A stretch of 63,631 nucleotides of DNA, filler included, from Octopus bimaculoides (taxonomy: Eukaryota): NCBI RefSeq assembly GCF_001194135.2. It is 7 parts of 7 records of this genome, joined end to end, with 100 filler letters (N's around TTAATTAATTAA, not from the genome) between each part and the next. Parts side by side here need not be neighbours in the genome. Positions count along the whole stretch, not along the records: positions 1 to 12,656 come from NC_068986.1; positions 12,757 to 33,595 come from NC_068983.1; 5 more parts are not named here. One strand, given 5' to 3'. Made by a program: the position numbers and the translations under genes. Numbering within the stretch: the first letter of the stretch is position 1; the number at the start of each line of letters is the position of its first letter. The notes beneath the pieces are model-generated. The model was not told the DNA's origin. It searched no databases and worked only from the letters and a program-made list of their open reading frames with translations. Below are positions 11,376-23,765 of this stretch, piece by piece.

Positions 11376-12427
11376 CATAAAATATGGGGAATGTTTTTAA
11401 TTTGACCCGACTGAAGTTTAAAACGAAGGTTTTTACTTCACTTATTAGGGAACTTTTGTATGCTGACGATTGTGATCTTGTCAGTCATTCTGAAATAGGT
11501 CTGCAATTTCTTGTATCTGCATTTGATGCAGCTTGTGATGATTTTGGCCTGACCATCAAGCTGAAAACAACAGCTGTAATGTATCAACCTGTGCATGTTG
11601 CTGTTTGTAACCCCACTAAAATTTTTGTTCAGAGAAAGTTACTTGAGGTTGTCAATTCATTTGTCTACTTGGGAAACTCTGTTCAAGATGATGGAAATCT
11701 TGATACGGAAATACACCTGCGAATTCAAAGGGCAGCAAAAGCATTTGGTGGCTTGGAGTCGCACGTCTGGCGTCAGCGACATATAAATAACAATACAAAG
11801 CTGGCTCTTTACAAATCATTTGTCTTACCATCCCTATTGTATCCCTGTGAAACTTGGACTTGTTATGAAAGGCATTTTAAACTGTTAGTACAATTCCACC
11901 AAAAATGCCTTTGTCATATTTTAAAAATTAAATGGAATTCTTTTACTCCAAACAGAGATATCCTTGCATCTGCAGGCATCCCCTCAATTAAAGCTATGAT
12001 TTTGAGGAACCAATTGAGATGGTGTGGCCATATTGTTCGAATGGCAGATGAACGCATGCCGAAACAGCTGTTTTATGGTGAGCTTGCAGAGGGGAAACGA
12101 TATCGGCATAAACCTAAAAAAAAGGTTTAAAGATGGCATAAGGACTACTATGAAGTCACTTGGAATGGCTCCAGAAGATATAGAAACCCTCGCTTCAGAT
12201 CGAGTTGGATGGCGAACAAATGTGTGGAATGGAATGAAAGCATTTGAAAAGGCCAGAATAATGCAAGGAAAGTCAGGTATACATCTAAAGATGTATAACC
12301 CACTTTCTACTAAAGTGGTGACCCCGACTAAGGAATGACTGCAACCACGACGATCTGGACTGGTCAGCATCATCATTGGTATGAGCAACACGAGTTTCCA
12401 GCCGCCGACGCCATCATCATCATCATA
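11376..12427 (+). mobile_element. RTE-clade (BovB-like) LINE, 5'-truncated, with (CAT)n tail
   Basis: YIKY..GNVFNLTRLK, ELLYADDC, FVYLGNS, SLLYPCETWT, LRWCGHIVRM, PKQLFYGEL..GKR..KP. Tail CATCATCATCATCAT at ~12409-12426. Confidence 0.9.
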
Positions 12428-12700
12428 ACTAACGACTTTTTGAACAATTTCACAGTGAGATATTGACTCTATAGCATTTCCGACTATACAAACTCACATT
12501 GTGCCAAGCTGACACAGACGTTTTTTTCTTTCTTTCTGACTATTATTTTCCATTTTCTTTCAGCACGTCAAGGTGGGTTTTCAAAAAAAAAAAAAAGAAA
12601 AAATTTTTTTTTTCCCGCAGACAGTACAAGCTCACAACTAAACACACTACAAAAAANNNNNNNNNNNNNNNNNNNNNNNNNNNNNNNNNNNNNNNNNNNN

Positions 12701-12712
12701 TTAATTAATTAA
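12701..12712. other. Synthetic scaffold-gap linker TTAATTAATTAA (44 N + 12 nt + 44 N)
   Basis: The same 100-nt construct occurs at 12701, 33640, 45213, 49171, 56901 and 60133. It gives stop codons in all six frames. Confidence 0.95.
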
Positions 12713-12756
12713 NNNNNNNNNNNNNNNNNNNNNNNNNNNNNNNNNNNNNNNNNNNN

Positions 12757-13005
12757 AAAAGACACCATTTCGAGCATGGCCGTTGCCAGTACCTCCTGAC
12801 TGGCCTTTGTGCAGGTGACACGTAAAAGCACCTACTACACTCTCTGAGTGGTTGGCGTTAGGAAGGGCATCCAGCTGTAGAAACTCTGCCAAATTTAGAT
12901 TGGAGCCTGGTGTTGCCATCTGGTTTCACCAGTCCTCAGTCAAGTCGTCCAACCCATGCTAGCATGGAAAGCGGACGTTAAACGATGATGATGATGATGA
13001 TGATG

Positions 13006-13007
<2 letters not shown>
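12757..13007 (+). mobile_element. 3'UTR fragment of the RTE-like LINE at 35520-37775, (GAT)n tail
   Basis: GGTTGGCGTTAGGAAGGGCATCCAGCTGTAGAAAC...GCATGGAAAGCGGACGTTAAACGATGATGAT matches the reverse complement of 35520-35700. Related fragments lie near 15350-15550, 22600-22800, 26440-26750, 39960-40280 and 53410-53780. Confidence 0.75.
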
Positions 13008-13044
<37 letters not shown>

Positions 13045-13099
13045 ATTACATATGTATATATGCATATATATTTCATCTTGTGCAACCTTTAATCCAGGC

Positions 13100-13600
13100 A
13101 CAACTTTTTACTTTTCTCTTTTTTCCCTTCTCCATCTGTTTTCTTACCTTGTTCCTTTCTGTAGAAGAAAATAAGTTCGAAACGTCAAAAACTCTTCTAT
13201 TTTTCTGAGTGTCAAACTAACATACCTTAATCATTGTTCCCCAACCTGTCTCTGTCTTTTGTTTGTTTGTTTTTTGATGTCTCAGTATATATGTACTAAT
13301 ACGTATATATGTATCTATATATACACACATATATATATATGTATCTGTGTGTTTATATGTATCTGTGTTTATATGTGTGTGTGTGTGTGTGTGTGTCTGT
13401 GTCACCATGATTGACTGCTAACTCCAAAAGTTTTTTATTTTCTCTCTGTTTATTTCCTGATGTTCGTTTCTGTTGAAGAGCATAGGCTTGAAATGTAAAA
13501 GACTTTCTCAACTTCCCAAGCATCAAACTAATACACCTGTTTGTTGTTTATACACCTGTCTTTGTCTTTTGTTTTTCTGTAAATTGTCCAATTCCACCTA
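13100..13600 (+). repeat. Two diverged copies of a short T-rich repeat carrying a CTGTWGAA-hairpin-GAAAYGT motif
   Basis: Motifs at 13159-13185 and 13470-13496. Each is followed by homologous ..AAACTAA..ACC..ACCTGTC..TGTCTTTTG sequence; (TG)/(TA) microsatellite lies between. Confidence 0.65.
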
Positions 13601-13867
13601 TCCTACAACCATTCTGATGAGAAACTACTGCCATTGCCAAGTACTACTTTGGTATACGTTATGTACAATGGTGGATGAAGTGGTGCCTGAGGCAAAAAAA
13701 ACAAATGCAGAGTTTGAGATACCTATGGAGTTCCTTTGCTAAAAAATTGGAGAGTATTTGGAGATGGACCCAGATGGATTTAGAATCTAGATTGAAAATA
13801 TGTAACTGTCATGAATTAAAGCATATGATGATGATTGTCTGTGATTAAATCAATCAAACTATTGTAT

Positions 13868-14270
13868 AGGCGCAGGAGTGGCTGCGTGGTAAGTAGATTA
13901 CTTACCAACCACATGGTTCCGGGTTCAGTCCCACTGCATGGCACTTTGGGTAAGTGTCTTCCACTATAGCCTCGGACCGACCAAAGCCTTATGAGTGGAT
14001 TTGGTAGACGGAAACTTAAAGAAGCCCGTCGTATATATGTATATGCATATATATGTGTGTGTGTTTGTGTGTCTGTGTTTGTCACCCCCAACATTGCTTG
14101 ACAACCGATGCTGGTGTGTTTACGTTCCCGTGACTTAGTGGTTCGGCAAAAGAGACTGATAGAATAAGTACTAGGCTTACAAAGAATAAGTCCTGGGGTT
14201 GATTTGCTCAACTAAAGGCGGTGCCCCAGCATGGCCGCAGTCAAATGACTGAAACAAGTAAAAGAGAAAA
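13868..14270 (+). mobile_element. tRNA-head CORE-type SINE (family A) with internal microsatellite
   Basis: A-box TGGCTGCGTGG, B-box GGTTCAGTCCC, CORE-like GGCAC..TGGG.AAGTGTCTT, internal (TA/TG)n, tail CAGTCAAATGACTGAAACAAGTAAAAGA. Confidence 0.85.
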
Positions 14271-16886
14271 GATATTTAGAGTGCATATTTACAATATGCA
14301 CTCTAAAGAAATTAGTAGTCTGAAAAATTATAATCGTATTAACAATTTATTCCAGACATTCACTCATTTAAATACAACTCTATTCAACAGATCTTTGTAA
14401 CTTACTGTAATAGCCACATCACTATCTGTTATTTACAGAAATATGTATACGTCCATACTTCTAGTTTATAATAACAAATATTTAATGTGAACCAATAATT
14501 CTGCATCATATCAAATAGAAAGAATCTTTTAATTTAAAAGTAACACACACACATATCATCATCATCATCAACACCATCATTTTAACATCTACGTTTCCAT
14601 GCCTGGTCTGATGAAAGTAAGTTGGGGCAGAGTTTTTTTTAAAGTTGTATACCGTTCCTGTCACCAATCTACTCCTGTTTTCAAGTGAGGTAAGAATAAT
14701 TTTCTAGTCTACTGAACAATGAACAGCTCAGACATGTTTACACAAAGAACTGAAAACAAACAATATATGAATGAACCTCTTGTATTCAACTATCATTTAT
14801 GTCAAGTTATGTCAAGAAGAAGCCCAGACATATTTTCGTGGTGGACTGCAAGCAGATGACATTGCCATTGTTCACTCCCAGCCCAAAGCTCCTGCAGTCT
14901 ACCAACCATGTCATTTCTCTCTCTTGTCTTCTCTTCTGCTTGCCCTTCTCTTCCTCTACTGCTACTTGCCCTGCTCTCACTCTCTTCTGCATGCCTTTAT
15001 CTCCCTCAACTCAAAGCTCCTTGCTCATCTACCCTTCAACCCTACCATTTTGGAAGTCTGCCTTCCCCCATCTCCCATTTTTTCACCCTCCTTCCCATAC
15101 AAACTTTCAAATCAGTTCTTCACTCACATTGTGCCTCAAGGTCCATCTAGGCACTTCATCATCCTTATCTATCTTTTGCACCTTTAACTATTCATTTTCT
15201 CTTTCTTTCGCCTTCCCCTGCTAGGGGTGAGTAGCCATGCAAGTTCTCTTCAAGAACCTGTACTAACCCCACTTCTCATAGTTCAATCTCCTCATCCACT
15301 AGCATGAAGTTACCCACCCCCACTCCCCAGGGTTTGTATTTCTGCAAGCTGCATGGCAACATCAATAGTGCAATTGACACAAAAAAACACCCAGTCCATA
15401 CTATAAAGTGGTTGGCATTAGGAAGGACATCCAGCTGTAAAAACCATACCAAAACAGACATTGGAGCACAACGTGGTCCTTGAATACACTGCATCCTGTC
15501 AAACCGTCCAATCCATGCCCCCATTAAATACGAATGTTAAATGATGTTGATGATGACGACAACAGCAGTAATGACAACAATGATGAGACAATGACTTTGG
15601 CAACATCAACGATGGCAACAACAACAATCCTTCTGTTTTATCTTAACATTCAACCTTAAATTTTGTCATCATAAAACAAGACATTTCTACTATAAGCCTA
15701 AACTACTACACTACACCTTAAATTTTGTACTGGGTTGTTTCACATTCTTCAGTTATTGCCAAATATTCAAAACAACCATGTTCTGAGGTCACATTATTTT
15801 CATTGGTTCACACTATTATAGTTCAAGACTAGACTATAGCTGGTGCAAAGTACAAGGGCTACTCATAAACTCTTTATCTGTCTACTTGAAGAAAGCTGAC
15901 TGATGTAAACAAGAAAACTTTTCTTCATATACTGAACATTACAGTGTGGTACATACAAGTATTCAATGACATAGTTTTCCACACAAACATATTTTATCAT
16001 TGATCAAATTTTTTCATTTGTGTTGGATTCAGTAAAAACTGAAAATAATTATTATTTACATGAATTTAATAACTTGACCTGATATTCAAAAACAATTTCA
16101 ACATCATATTATCAGCTGTATTGCAAGATAAAAGTACATTCTTACTAAAAATTATTCTTTGGTAAAGCACAATAAGTTTTATTGTAAATGCTTAATAAAA
16201 GATTCATTAGAACTTGTTCAACTGATATTGTTCTTCCATCTTTGATCATTTCTTAGTTTTCAAGAAATTATTTCCTGTATTGTCTTTGCGAAAGTGCAAC
16301 ATACTAATATTTTTTTCTCTCTTTTTTATATATTCCCAGAGACAGTTTCTTAAAATTCAACTGTTTTTTTGGTAGGGTGTTTTTTTTTGTTTTGTGGGGG
16401 GGGGGTATTTTTTTCTTTTTTCTTACCTGATAAACTGATTAAATATTTAGTTTCTAGAAGTTTTTATTGAATTTTTCCATTTGTTCTTTTACTGCTGGTG
16501 ACTGTTTGTTCTGATTGTTGTCCTTATCTGAAATCTCAATCATTATATCTATTGCAAATAAATATTTTATACTGAGTCTTTAAAAAGACATTTTCAAGTT
16601 TTCAGCAAATAATTTTTTTTCTTTTACTAAATTCTTGTCTTTTTTTTCTGCAACAACTTATGTATATTTCTACTATCATTATGATTATTTCTCATTTTCT
16701 TCTTCTTTTGCACTCTTTCGTTTTTTTTTTTTGCCTTCCTATTGTTATCTTCTTTATTCTTTTGTTCATCCTGTTTCCCTCCTGTTATCACCTGCTTGGT
16801 CTGTTGCATCTTTTGGTAAAATCTAGAAGGCTTCTAGTTTCAAGTGTACTGTCATACACAGACAAATGAAAAGTAAATATAAAATA

Positions 16887-17047
16887 TAGGTGCAAGCTTG
16901 ACTGTATGGTAAGAAACGTGTTTCCTAAACACATGGTTCCAGGTTCAGTCCCACTGTGTGGCACCTTGGGCAAATGTTCTCAACTTGGAAATAGATTTGG
17001 TAGACAAAAACACAAAGAAGTCAGTCATGTGTGAATGTGTGTGTGTG

Positions 17048-17137
<90 letters not shown>

Positions 17138-17307
17138 TTTGTGTCTGTGTTTGCGACCACTGCTTGATGACCTGTGTCGATGTGTTTCCACTCCCATAAC
17201 TTAGTGGTTTTGCAAAAGTGACCAATAGAATAAGTGCCAGGCTTTAAAAAAATAAAAATAAGTATTGAGATTAATTCATTCTAATGATTGAAACAAGTGA
17301 AAGATAA
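16887..17307 (+). mobile_element. SINE family A with long internal (GT)n
   Basis: Same head, CORE and tail as 13868-14270; (GT)n at ~17030-17135. Confidence 0.8.
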
Positions 17308-17564
17308 TGATGAAAAAAGGATATAAAATTCTTTGTTTAGCTACAAATGCTGTGATGTTTCTAAGTTACTTCTCAGGATCCTCCATTCTTAACAACAAAA
17401 CCTCCCTTCCATCAACATGGGTTGGTTGATTAAAGGGAGAATCCAAAAGCTGTTTAAATGTTGGCTATATACATATAAAGTTTGAATTTTATCATCATTT
17501 CCTATTTAGATATGGACAAGGGCAAATAACAGTGAAATTAATATGTAAGATAGGAAAATACTTT

Positions 17565-17775
17565 TTTCTAATATTGGTGCAAAGCCTGAAATTTTGAGGA
17601 GGTGGGGAGTCAATTGCTTTAACCCCAGTACTTAACAGGTATTTATTTTATCAACCCTGAATGAAAGGCAAAGTCTATTTTGGTGGAATCTGAACTCAGA
17701 ATGTAAAAAGTTGGAAGAAATGCTGCTACGTATTTTGTTCAATATATTAATGATTCTGCTAGCTCACCACATTGG
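17565..17775 (-). mobile_element. SINE family C
   Basis: ATGAAAGGCAAAGTC..GGAAT.TGAACTCAGAA core shared with the array at 54751-55948. Other singletons near 20190-20408 (-), 25285-25440 (+), 32170-32360 (-) and 53990-54190 (-). Confidence 0.7.
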
Positions 17776-18534
17776 AAAATAGGATTCTGCTAATAACACA
17801 TTAGTAATTTATGTAGTTTTGTATCCTTGTTTGTATATTTACTACTTACTGAATTCTAGTGTAGGATGAGTTATTTCTTAATATTGTAGAAAATTGGTTG
17901 GTAGAGGGCACCTAAGTAATGTAATTCAGACAAAGAGTAGACTGAAAAAGAGCATCAAATTTATGAACTCTTTGTGAGGTTTCTCTGAGTTCATACAGCA
18001 AGTACAGTTTCACATTAATACACACAGTATTTTAATCTGTTCCAAGTGTGTATATTAATTCAAACAATAATTGTTGATGAAAAGATGAAATTTCTCTACA
18101 GGAACAATAGGTTGCATGATGTTGTATAATGTTTGCTTAGAAAGTTTCTGACAGTGTAATATGGACAGAGATCCAAGAATGATCCACCGGATATGCTTGA
18201 AAAATAAGTTCTTTCGAAATAAGAAAAACTTCAGAAGCATATTCTGTTCTTGTATAATATGGAATGTATATAAAAGTGTTCCTAGGTAGGACTGAAACTA
18301 AAATGTTTTGAATATTTTAAATAATTGATTTCCAATGAGCTATTGAAAAGTTTTGTGTTGTTTGAAATGCTGGCTTTGGTCAGTGTTTTTCTATTTCTGA
18401 TTTCCATTTGCTGTCAGTTCTGATGAAGAAAAGAATAACACTGTACTACTCCATATCACTATCCTCCTTCCCCTCATCTTTCTCCTTGTTATTGTTATTG
18501 TTCTTATTGTAGTATTACTTGTACACCATATGAT

Positions 18535-18810
18535 CACATGATCAACCAGACTACTGGCTGTTGCTATACATCACTAATCACAATGAACTTGCATCATTTT
18601 TAGCTTTCAAATGATGCCTGTTTGGTGAGCAGACCAACAGTCCCCTGATCAGAAGACTAGTTCATTGTAGGTGGCCTATTTACAGCTGAGTGGACTGGAG
18701 CAACATGAAATGAAGTGTTTTGCTCAATAACACAATATATCACCCAGTCCAGGAATCAAACCCACGATCTAGCAATCATGAGTGCAACACCCTAACCACT
18801 AGGCCATGCA
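18535..18810 (-). mobile_element. tRNA/CORE-type SINE, diverged
   Basis: GAGTGGACTGGAGCAACATGAAATGAAGTGTTTTGCTCAA..CCAGGAATCAAACCC..CCACTAGGCCATGC; head shared with family D at 35360-35490. Confidence 0.6.
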
Positions 18811-20189
18811 CTTTCACTATACCATGTAGTAGATGTAACTTCCTCATAAGCTGATTCTATCATTCAAGTTTCAATTCTCAATTGTAACCAGTTCATCTCT
18901 GTATCAGCATCTGACAGAACCTGTGCAATTTTCCTTTCTCTATAAATCAGATATTTTGTGGTGACAAGAAATTATTATTGGCTATTCTACTGACAAGTGA
19001 ATCTATGAAACAATTTCAATTCCTGATTGATTCATTTCACTTTACTTACATCATTAACAGAAAAATACAAAACTATTACACCCAGTCGTTTCCTCTTCCT
19101 TAAACTTTGTATTTTTTCCTAACATTTAAACCTTGTTTCACTCATTCCTATTACTCAAACCCAATAAATATATTTATAGCCTGAAGCCTTTATATTCAGT
19201 TTATGTATCAACTGGTCCAGTAGGCTGGTTTATTTGCAAGTAACATAAACAAGTATTTATTCTGTATTGATTGGAAAAAACAAAAATGTGATTGCAAAAA
19301 GCAATCAAAGGTTTTTGTTTTCAATTGAGGCCATTATTTTTATATATTACTAGAAGGGTAAAAAATAGAAAGAATTCTCAGAAGATTAAAAAAGAAGACC
19401 AGGTAGTTGGTAAATTTAATAAGAAATGCGTATAGTCTTCTATAAATTGTCTTGTGATGGGCTTTCTTTTTTACTCTCACCGTTCTATTTTATTATATGT
19501 CAAATCAATAAAGATAAAACTTTAAATTTACACATCACTTTTAGAACATATGTGAGAATTATTATCTGTCACTCCATTTAGTTTTGTTTGTAATTTAAAT
19601 GGAGCATCTTTTTTTTTTCTCATAGAATTTAGTAAAAGTCATCTAATCTACTTTAACTTTTTAACTGCTATAATGAATATAAATGAATTTTTTTATTTTC
19701 TACATTATTTATATTGAATAATCATTACTGATTACTTTTGACTTATACTTTGGAGTGGGTGGAGGCATTGTTACATTTATACTTTTCTCAGGGAAATTCA
19801 TAAACTAGTTGAGATGAATTAATCTCAAATTGAAATCAAATCTATGTTACTGATTCAGTGTTTACTCTACGGAGTTCACTACTGTTTAATTACCATTATC
19901 TCATCATCATTAGAATCACAATTATTCATATAATCAGAATCTCAGAGGCAATAGACATGATAAAACTAGAACATTTAGATATTTTTTTTAAGTAGTTTTG
20001 TACATTATTGCACAGACTTCTTGTCCACCTTCATTTTAATTTGTTTTTTATCCCCCCGGAACAGTTAAACCAGATACTAGTAATACACTAAATTCATTTT
20101 AATTATTACCCTTCCCACTTCAAAGACTGAAAGAAGTTTATATTATCAACCTGACATACATTATCTACATATTTTTTCTATTAAATATT

Positions 20190-20408
20190 AATAATCCTTT
20201 CTATGAGAGACACAAAGCCTGAAATTTGAGGGAAAAGGAACAGTGGATTACATCAACCCCAGGGCTCAACTGGTACTTATTTCATCAACTCCAAAATAAT
20301 GAAAGGCAAAGTCTACCTGGGTGGAACTTAAAGTCAGAACATAAAGACAGGTGAAATGCCACTAAACATTTTGTCTGGGATGCTAAGAATTCTGCCAGCT
20401 TACCACTT
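20190..20408 (-). mobile_element. SINE family C between ~107-bp imperfect direct repeats
   Basis: Family C core. Flanks 20072-20180 and 20415-20520 align with each other. Confidence 0.7.
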
Positions 20409-21169
20409 TAAACTAGATACTAATAATACACTAAACTTATTTAGATTATGATTCTCCCCTTCAAAGCTAGAAGAAAAATCTGTACTATTATGTTCACCTA
20501 CATTATCTACATATTTTCTAATGAAGATGAGTGATTAATTCAATACAATCTTATTACATTGACAACAACATATAAATTCAAAAATTACAGCTGCTTTCTG
20601 TATCATCTCACAACCATTCATTGAAAATTGCCATCTTTTAAATATGCTCTCTTGTGCACTGAATGCCATTTATTTTCTGATGGCTAGGTTTGCATAAAGT
20701 TCAGATAAAGCCTAGAATCTAATGAAGTAAGCCACAGCAGATTGTGAGCTACAAAGTTTATATCTACTCTCTACTAAAAAAAAAAAAATGTTTGCCTAGT
20801 TTGAAAGCTGTGTGATTGATATTGTAGATCTTCATAGTGACTTAACCCAACTATAATTTATTGAAGACAATCTATTTTGAATAGTGTGTATGTATTTTTA
20901 TATATGACTCAGTATATTTTATTATACTTAATATTTTTTTGTCCGCCCACATCCACACTCCTTAAGCTTACATATACCAGCAGATTGCTTCTTGATGCGT
21001 AGATATATTTGTATTAGAAATATTTTTCTTTCAGATGCTAGAAGCTGCAGATGTTCAGTCATACATACACCTACTTCAATGACTAATTGGCCAAAATCTA
21101 CTGTCTTTTCTTTTGTACTTGCATTTTTTTTATTTTCACATGAGTGCATTCTATTATTTTGAGAGTATA

Positions 21170-21338
21170 TATAATACATACACACACACACACATATATG
21201 TATACACACATACTTACATACACACACACAAACATACACAAGCATACATATATACATCCACACATGTGTATGTGCATATATATGTGTGTGTGTGAATATA
21301 CATATCTGTGTGTGTGTCTATGTGTGTGTATATATATA

Positions 21339-21428
<90 letters not shown>

Positions 21429-21440
21429 TGTATATATATG

Positions 21441-21473
<33 letters not shown>

Positions 21474-21950
21474 GTATATATGTATATATATATGTATGTG
21501 TATATATGTATGTGTGTNNNNNNNNNNNNNNNNNNNNNNNNNNNNNNNNNNNNNNNNNNNNNNNNNNNNNNNNNNNNNNNNNNNNNNNNNNNNNNNNNNN
21601 NNNNNNNNNNNNNNNNNNNNNNNNNNNNNNNNNNNNNNNNNNNNNNNNNNNNNNNNNNNNNNNNNNNNNNNNNNNNNNNNNNNNNNNNNNNNNNNNNNNN
21701 NNNNNNNNNNNNNNNNNNNNNNNNNNNNNNNNNNNNNNNNNNNNNNNNNNNNNNNNNNNNNNNNNNNNNNNNNNNNNNNNNNNNNNNNNNNNNNNNNNNN
21801 NNNNNNNNNNNNNNNNNNNNNNNNNNNNNNNNNNNNNNNNNNNNNNNNNNNNATATTTATGTATATATATATATATATATTTATGTATATATATATATAT
21901 ATATTTATGTATATATATATATATATATATATTTATGTATATATATATAC
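21170..21950. repeat. Compound (CA)/(TG)/(TA)/(TATG) microsatellite spanning an N gap
   Basis: Directly visible. Similar tracts at 23190-23760, 28028-28160, 33195-33352, 34200-34620, 39440-39735, 43665-43760, 49875-49926, 50690-50860, 60189-60243 and 61985-62046. Confidence 0.95.
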
Positions 21951-21959
21951 ACAAAGAGA

Positions 21960-22200
21960 AGGTCCCTGTCATTCGTCAATGAGGTAGTCTGCAAGAAGGT
22001 GTCATAAAATCGGTCTTTCTGTCCATCAGGTGGCCCTGGCTGAGGAGTATAGGCTGAGATAATGGTTGCTAACCCATGATGAAGCACTAATCTAATCTTA
22101 AGTATTCTGTCACATACTTTGACTACCTCGATTACCTTATCAACCCATTTCTCTGCAAGAAGTATACCCACAAGACACCCCAGCAGAAACCAAGGCTGCA
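21960..22200 (-). mobile_element. RTE-like LINE APE endonuclease fragment
   Basis: VGILLAEKWVDKVIEVVKVCDRILKIRL..ISAYTPQ.G..KDRFYD. Confidence 0.8.
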
Positions 22201-22420
22201 ATTTAGGGACTGTATCAAGTCCTCATTAAAGGCCTGTGACATGCAGGAGACTGACTGGGAGAACAATGCCTGTCATCGCCACAGATGGAGGAAGTAGGTT
22301 AAGGAGGGGGTCAACACTTTTGAGAGAGCATGTATTCATCATAAAGAACTTAAGTGTGCTGCTCGAAAGTGCACTGCTGGTGTAGTGAATGGGGACAGCT
22401 TGGTCTGTAATGTTTTCAGT
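22200..22420 (+). mobile_element. RTE (BovB-like) 3' fragment
   Basis: Translates FRDCIKSSLKACDM..DWE..A..R.RWR..V..G...FE, homologous to the end of 11376-12427. Confidence 0.6.
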
Positions 22421-23731
22421 TGTGTACGTTTGTCAAGAGCAGGGCAGATTAGCCACCAATATAGACGCAAATGCAAAATATAAGTTATTCTCAGGGTGCA
22501 CAATGTTCCTGAAGTTCAGCAATGGTCTTCCTCGGTCATGAGTGGAGAACCATCATATATATGTATATATATATATATATATGGGAATATGGGATATCAT
22601 TATCATTATTATCATCGTTTACCATCCACGTTCTATGCTGGTATGGGTTGGATGGTTTGACAGGCTAGAGAACTGCATTGAGCTTCATTGTCTGCTTTGG
22701 TATGGTTTCTAAAGCTGAATGCCTTTCCTAACCCTAACCCCTTTTCAGAGTATACTGGATCTTTTTGTGTGTGTGTGTGTGTATGTATCAGCACTAGTGA
22801 GACCACCAAGTAACTCACAAGATAACAGCCTTCAAATGAGTGGTCATGCAGAGGAAGATGGCTTTGAGCTATGTGCTAAAATGCTAAAGTGTTATAGATG
22901 GACAGGAACAAGTGATTTGTTTTAGAGGAGATACATGGCTAACCCAGCACAAGAGGGAGTAAAGGTTGTAGAAATGAGCTGTCAGGATGTACCCTGAAAG
23001 TACATGAAGTTAGATAACAAGAGAGTGTGAAAAGAGAATGACAGACATGAGGATAGAAATGAATGCAATGAATGATGAACATGGATGGAGGTATGGTTAT
23101 TGGTGAATGTCAGTTTGGGGGAAGTTAAGAGAAAATAGGGGTGGGTCAAGGAGGAGGAAATGATGGGTAGCAATACATAAAAAGCTGATACATATCTATC
23201 TATCTATCTATNNNNNNNNNNNNNNNNNNNNNNNNNNNNNNNNNNNNNNNNNNNNNNNNNNNNNNNNNNNNNNNNNNNNNNNNNNNNNNNNNNNNNNNNN
23301 NNNNNNNNNNNNNNNNNNNNNNNNNNNNNNNNNNNNNNNNNNNNNNNNNNNNNNNNNNNNNNNNNNNNNNNNNNNNNNNNNNNNNNNNNNNNNNNNNNNN
23401 NNNNNNNNNNNNNNNNNNNNNNNNNNNNNNNNNNNNNNNNNNNNNNNNNNNNNNNNNNNNNNNNNNNNNNNNNNNNNNNNNNNNNNNNNNNNNNNNNNNN
23501 NNNNNNNNNNNNNNNNNNNNNNNNNNNNNNNNNNNNNNNNNNNNNNNNNNNNNNNNNNNNNNNNNNNNNNNNNNNNNNNNNNNNNNNNNNNNNNNNNNNN
23601 NNNNNNNNNNNNNNNNNNNNNNNNNNNNNNNNNNNNNNNNNNNNNNNNNNNNNNNNNNNNNNNNNNNNNNNNNNNNNNNNNNNNNNNNNNNNNNNNNNNN
23701 NNNNNNNNNNNNNNNNNNNNNNNNNNNNNNN

Positions 23732-23765
<34 letters not shown>

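Noticed and set aside
12657-12756. Recurrent palindrome TTAATTAATTAA (six copies) as a biological motif
   Set aside because: Always centred in exactly 44 N + 12 + 44 N; an all-frame-stop scaffolding linker. Adjacent contigs may not be truly contiguous.
14771-15260. Overlapping Leu/Ser/Pro-rich ORFs (also 51153-51680)
   Set aside because: Pyrimidine-rich low-complexity or decayed repeat sequence that lacks stop codons by composition.
21144-22007. Long ORFs such as 21144-22007, 23204-23869, 33985-34644 and 49843-50639
   Set aside because: Products of dinucleotide repeats and N runs (YIYI, CVCV, THTH, X); not genes.
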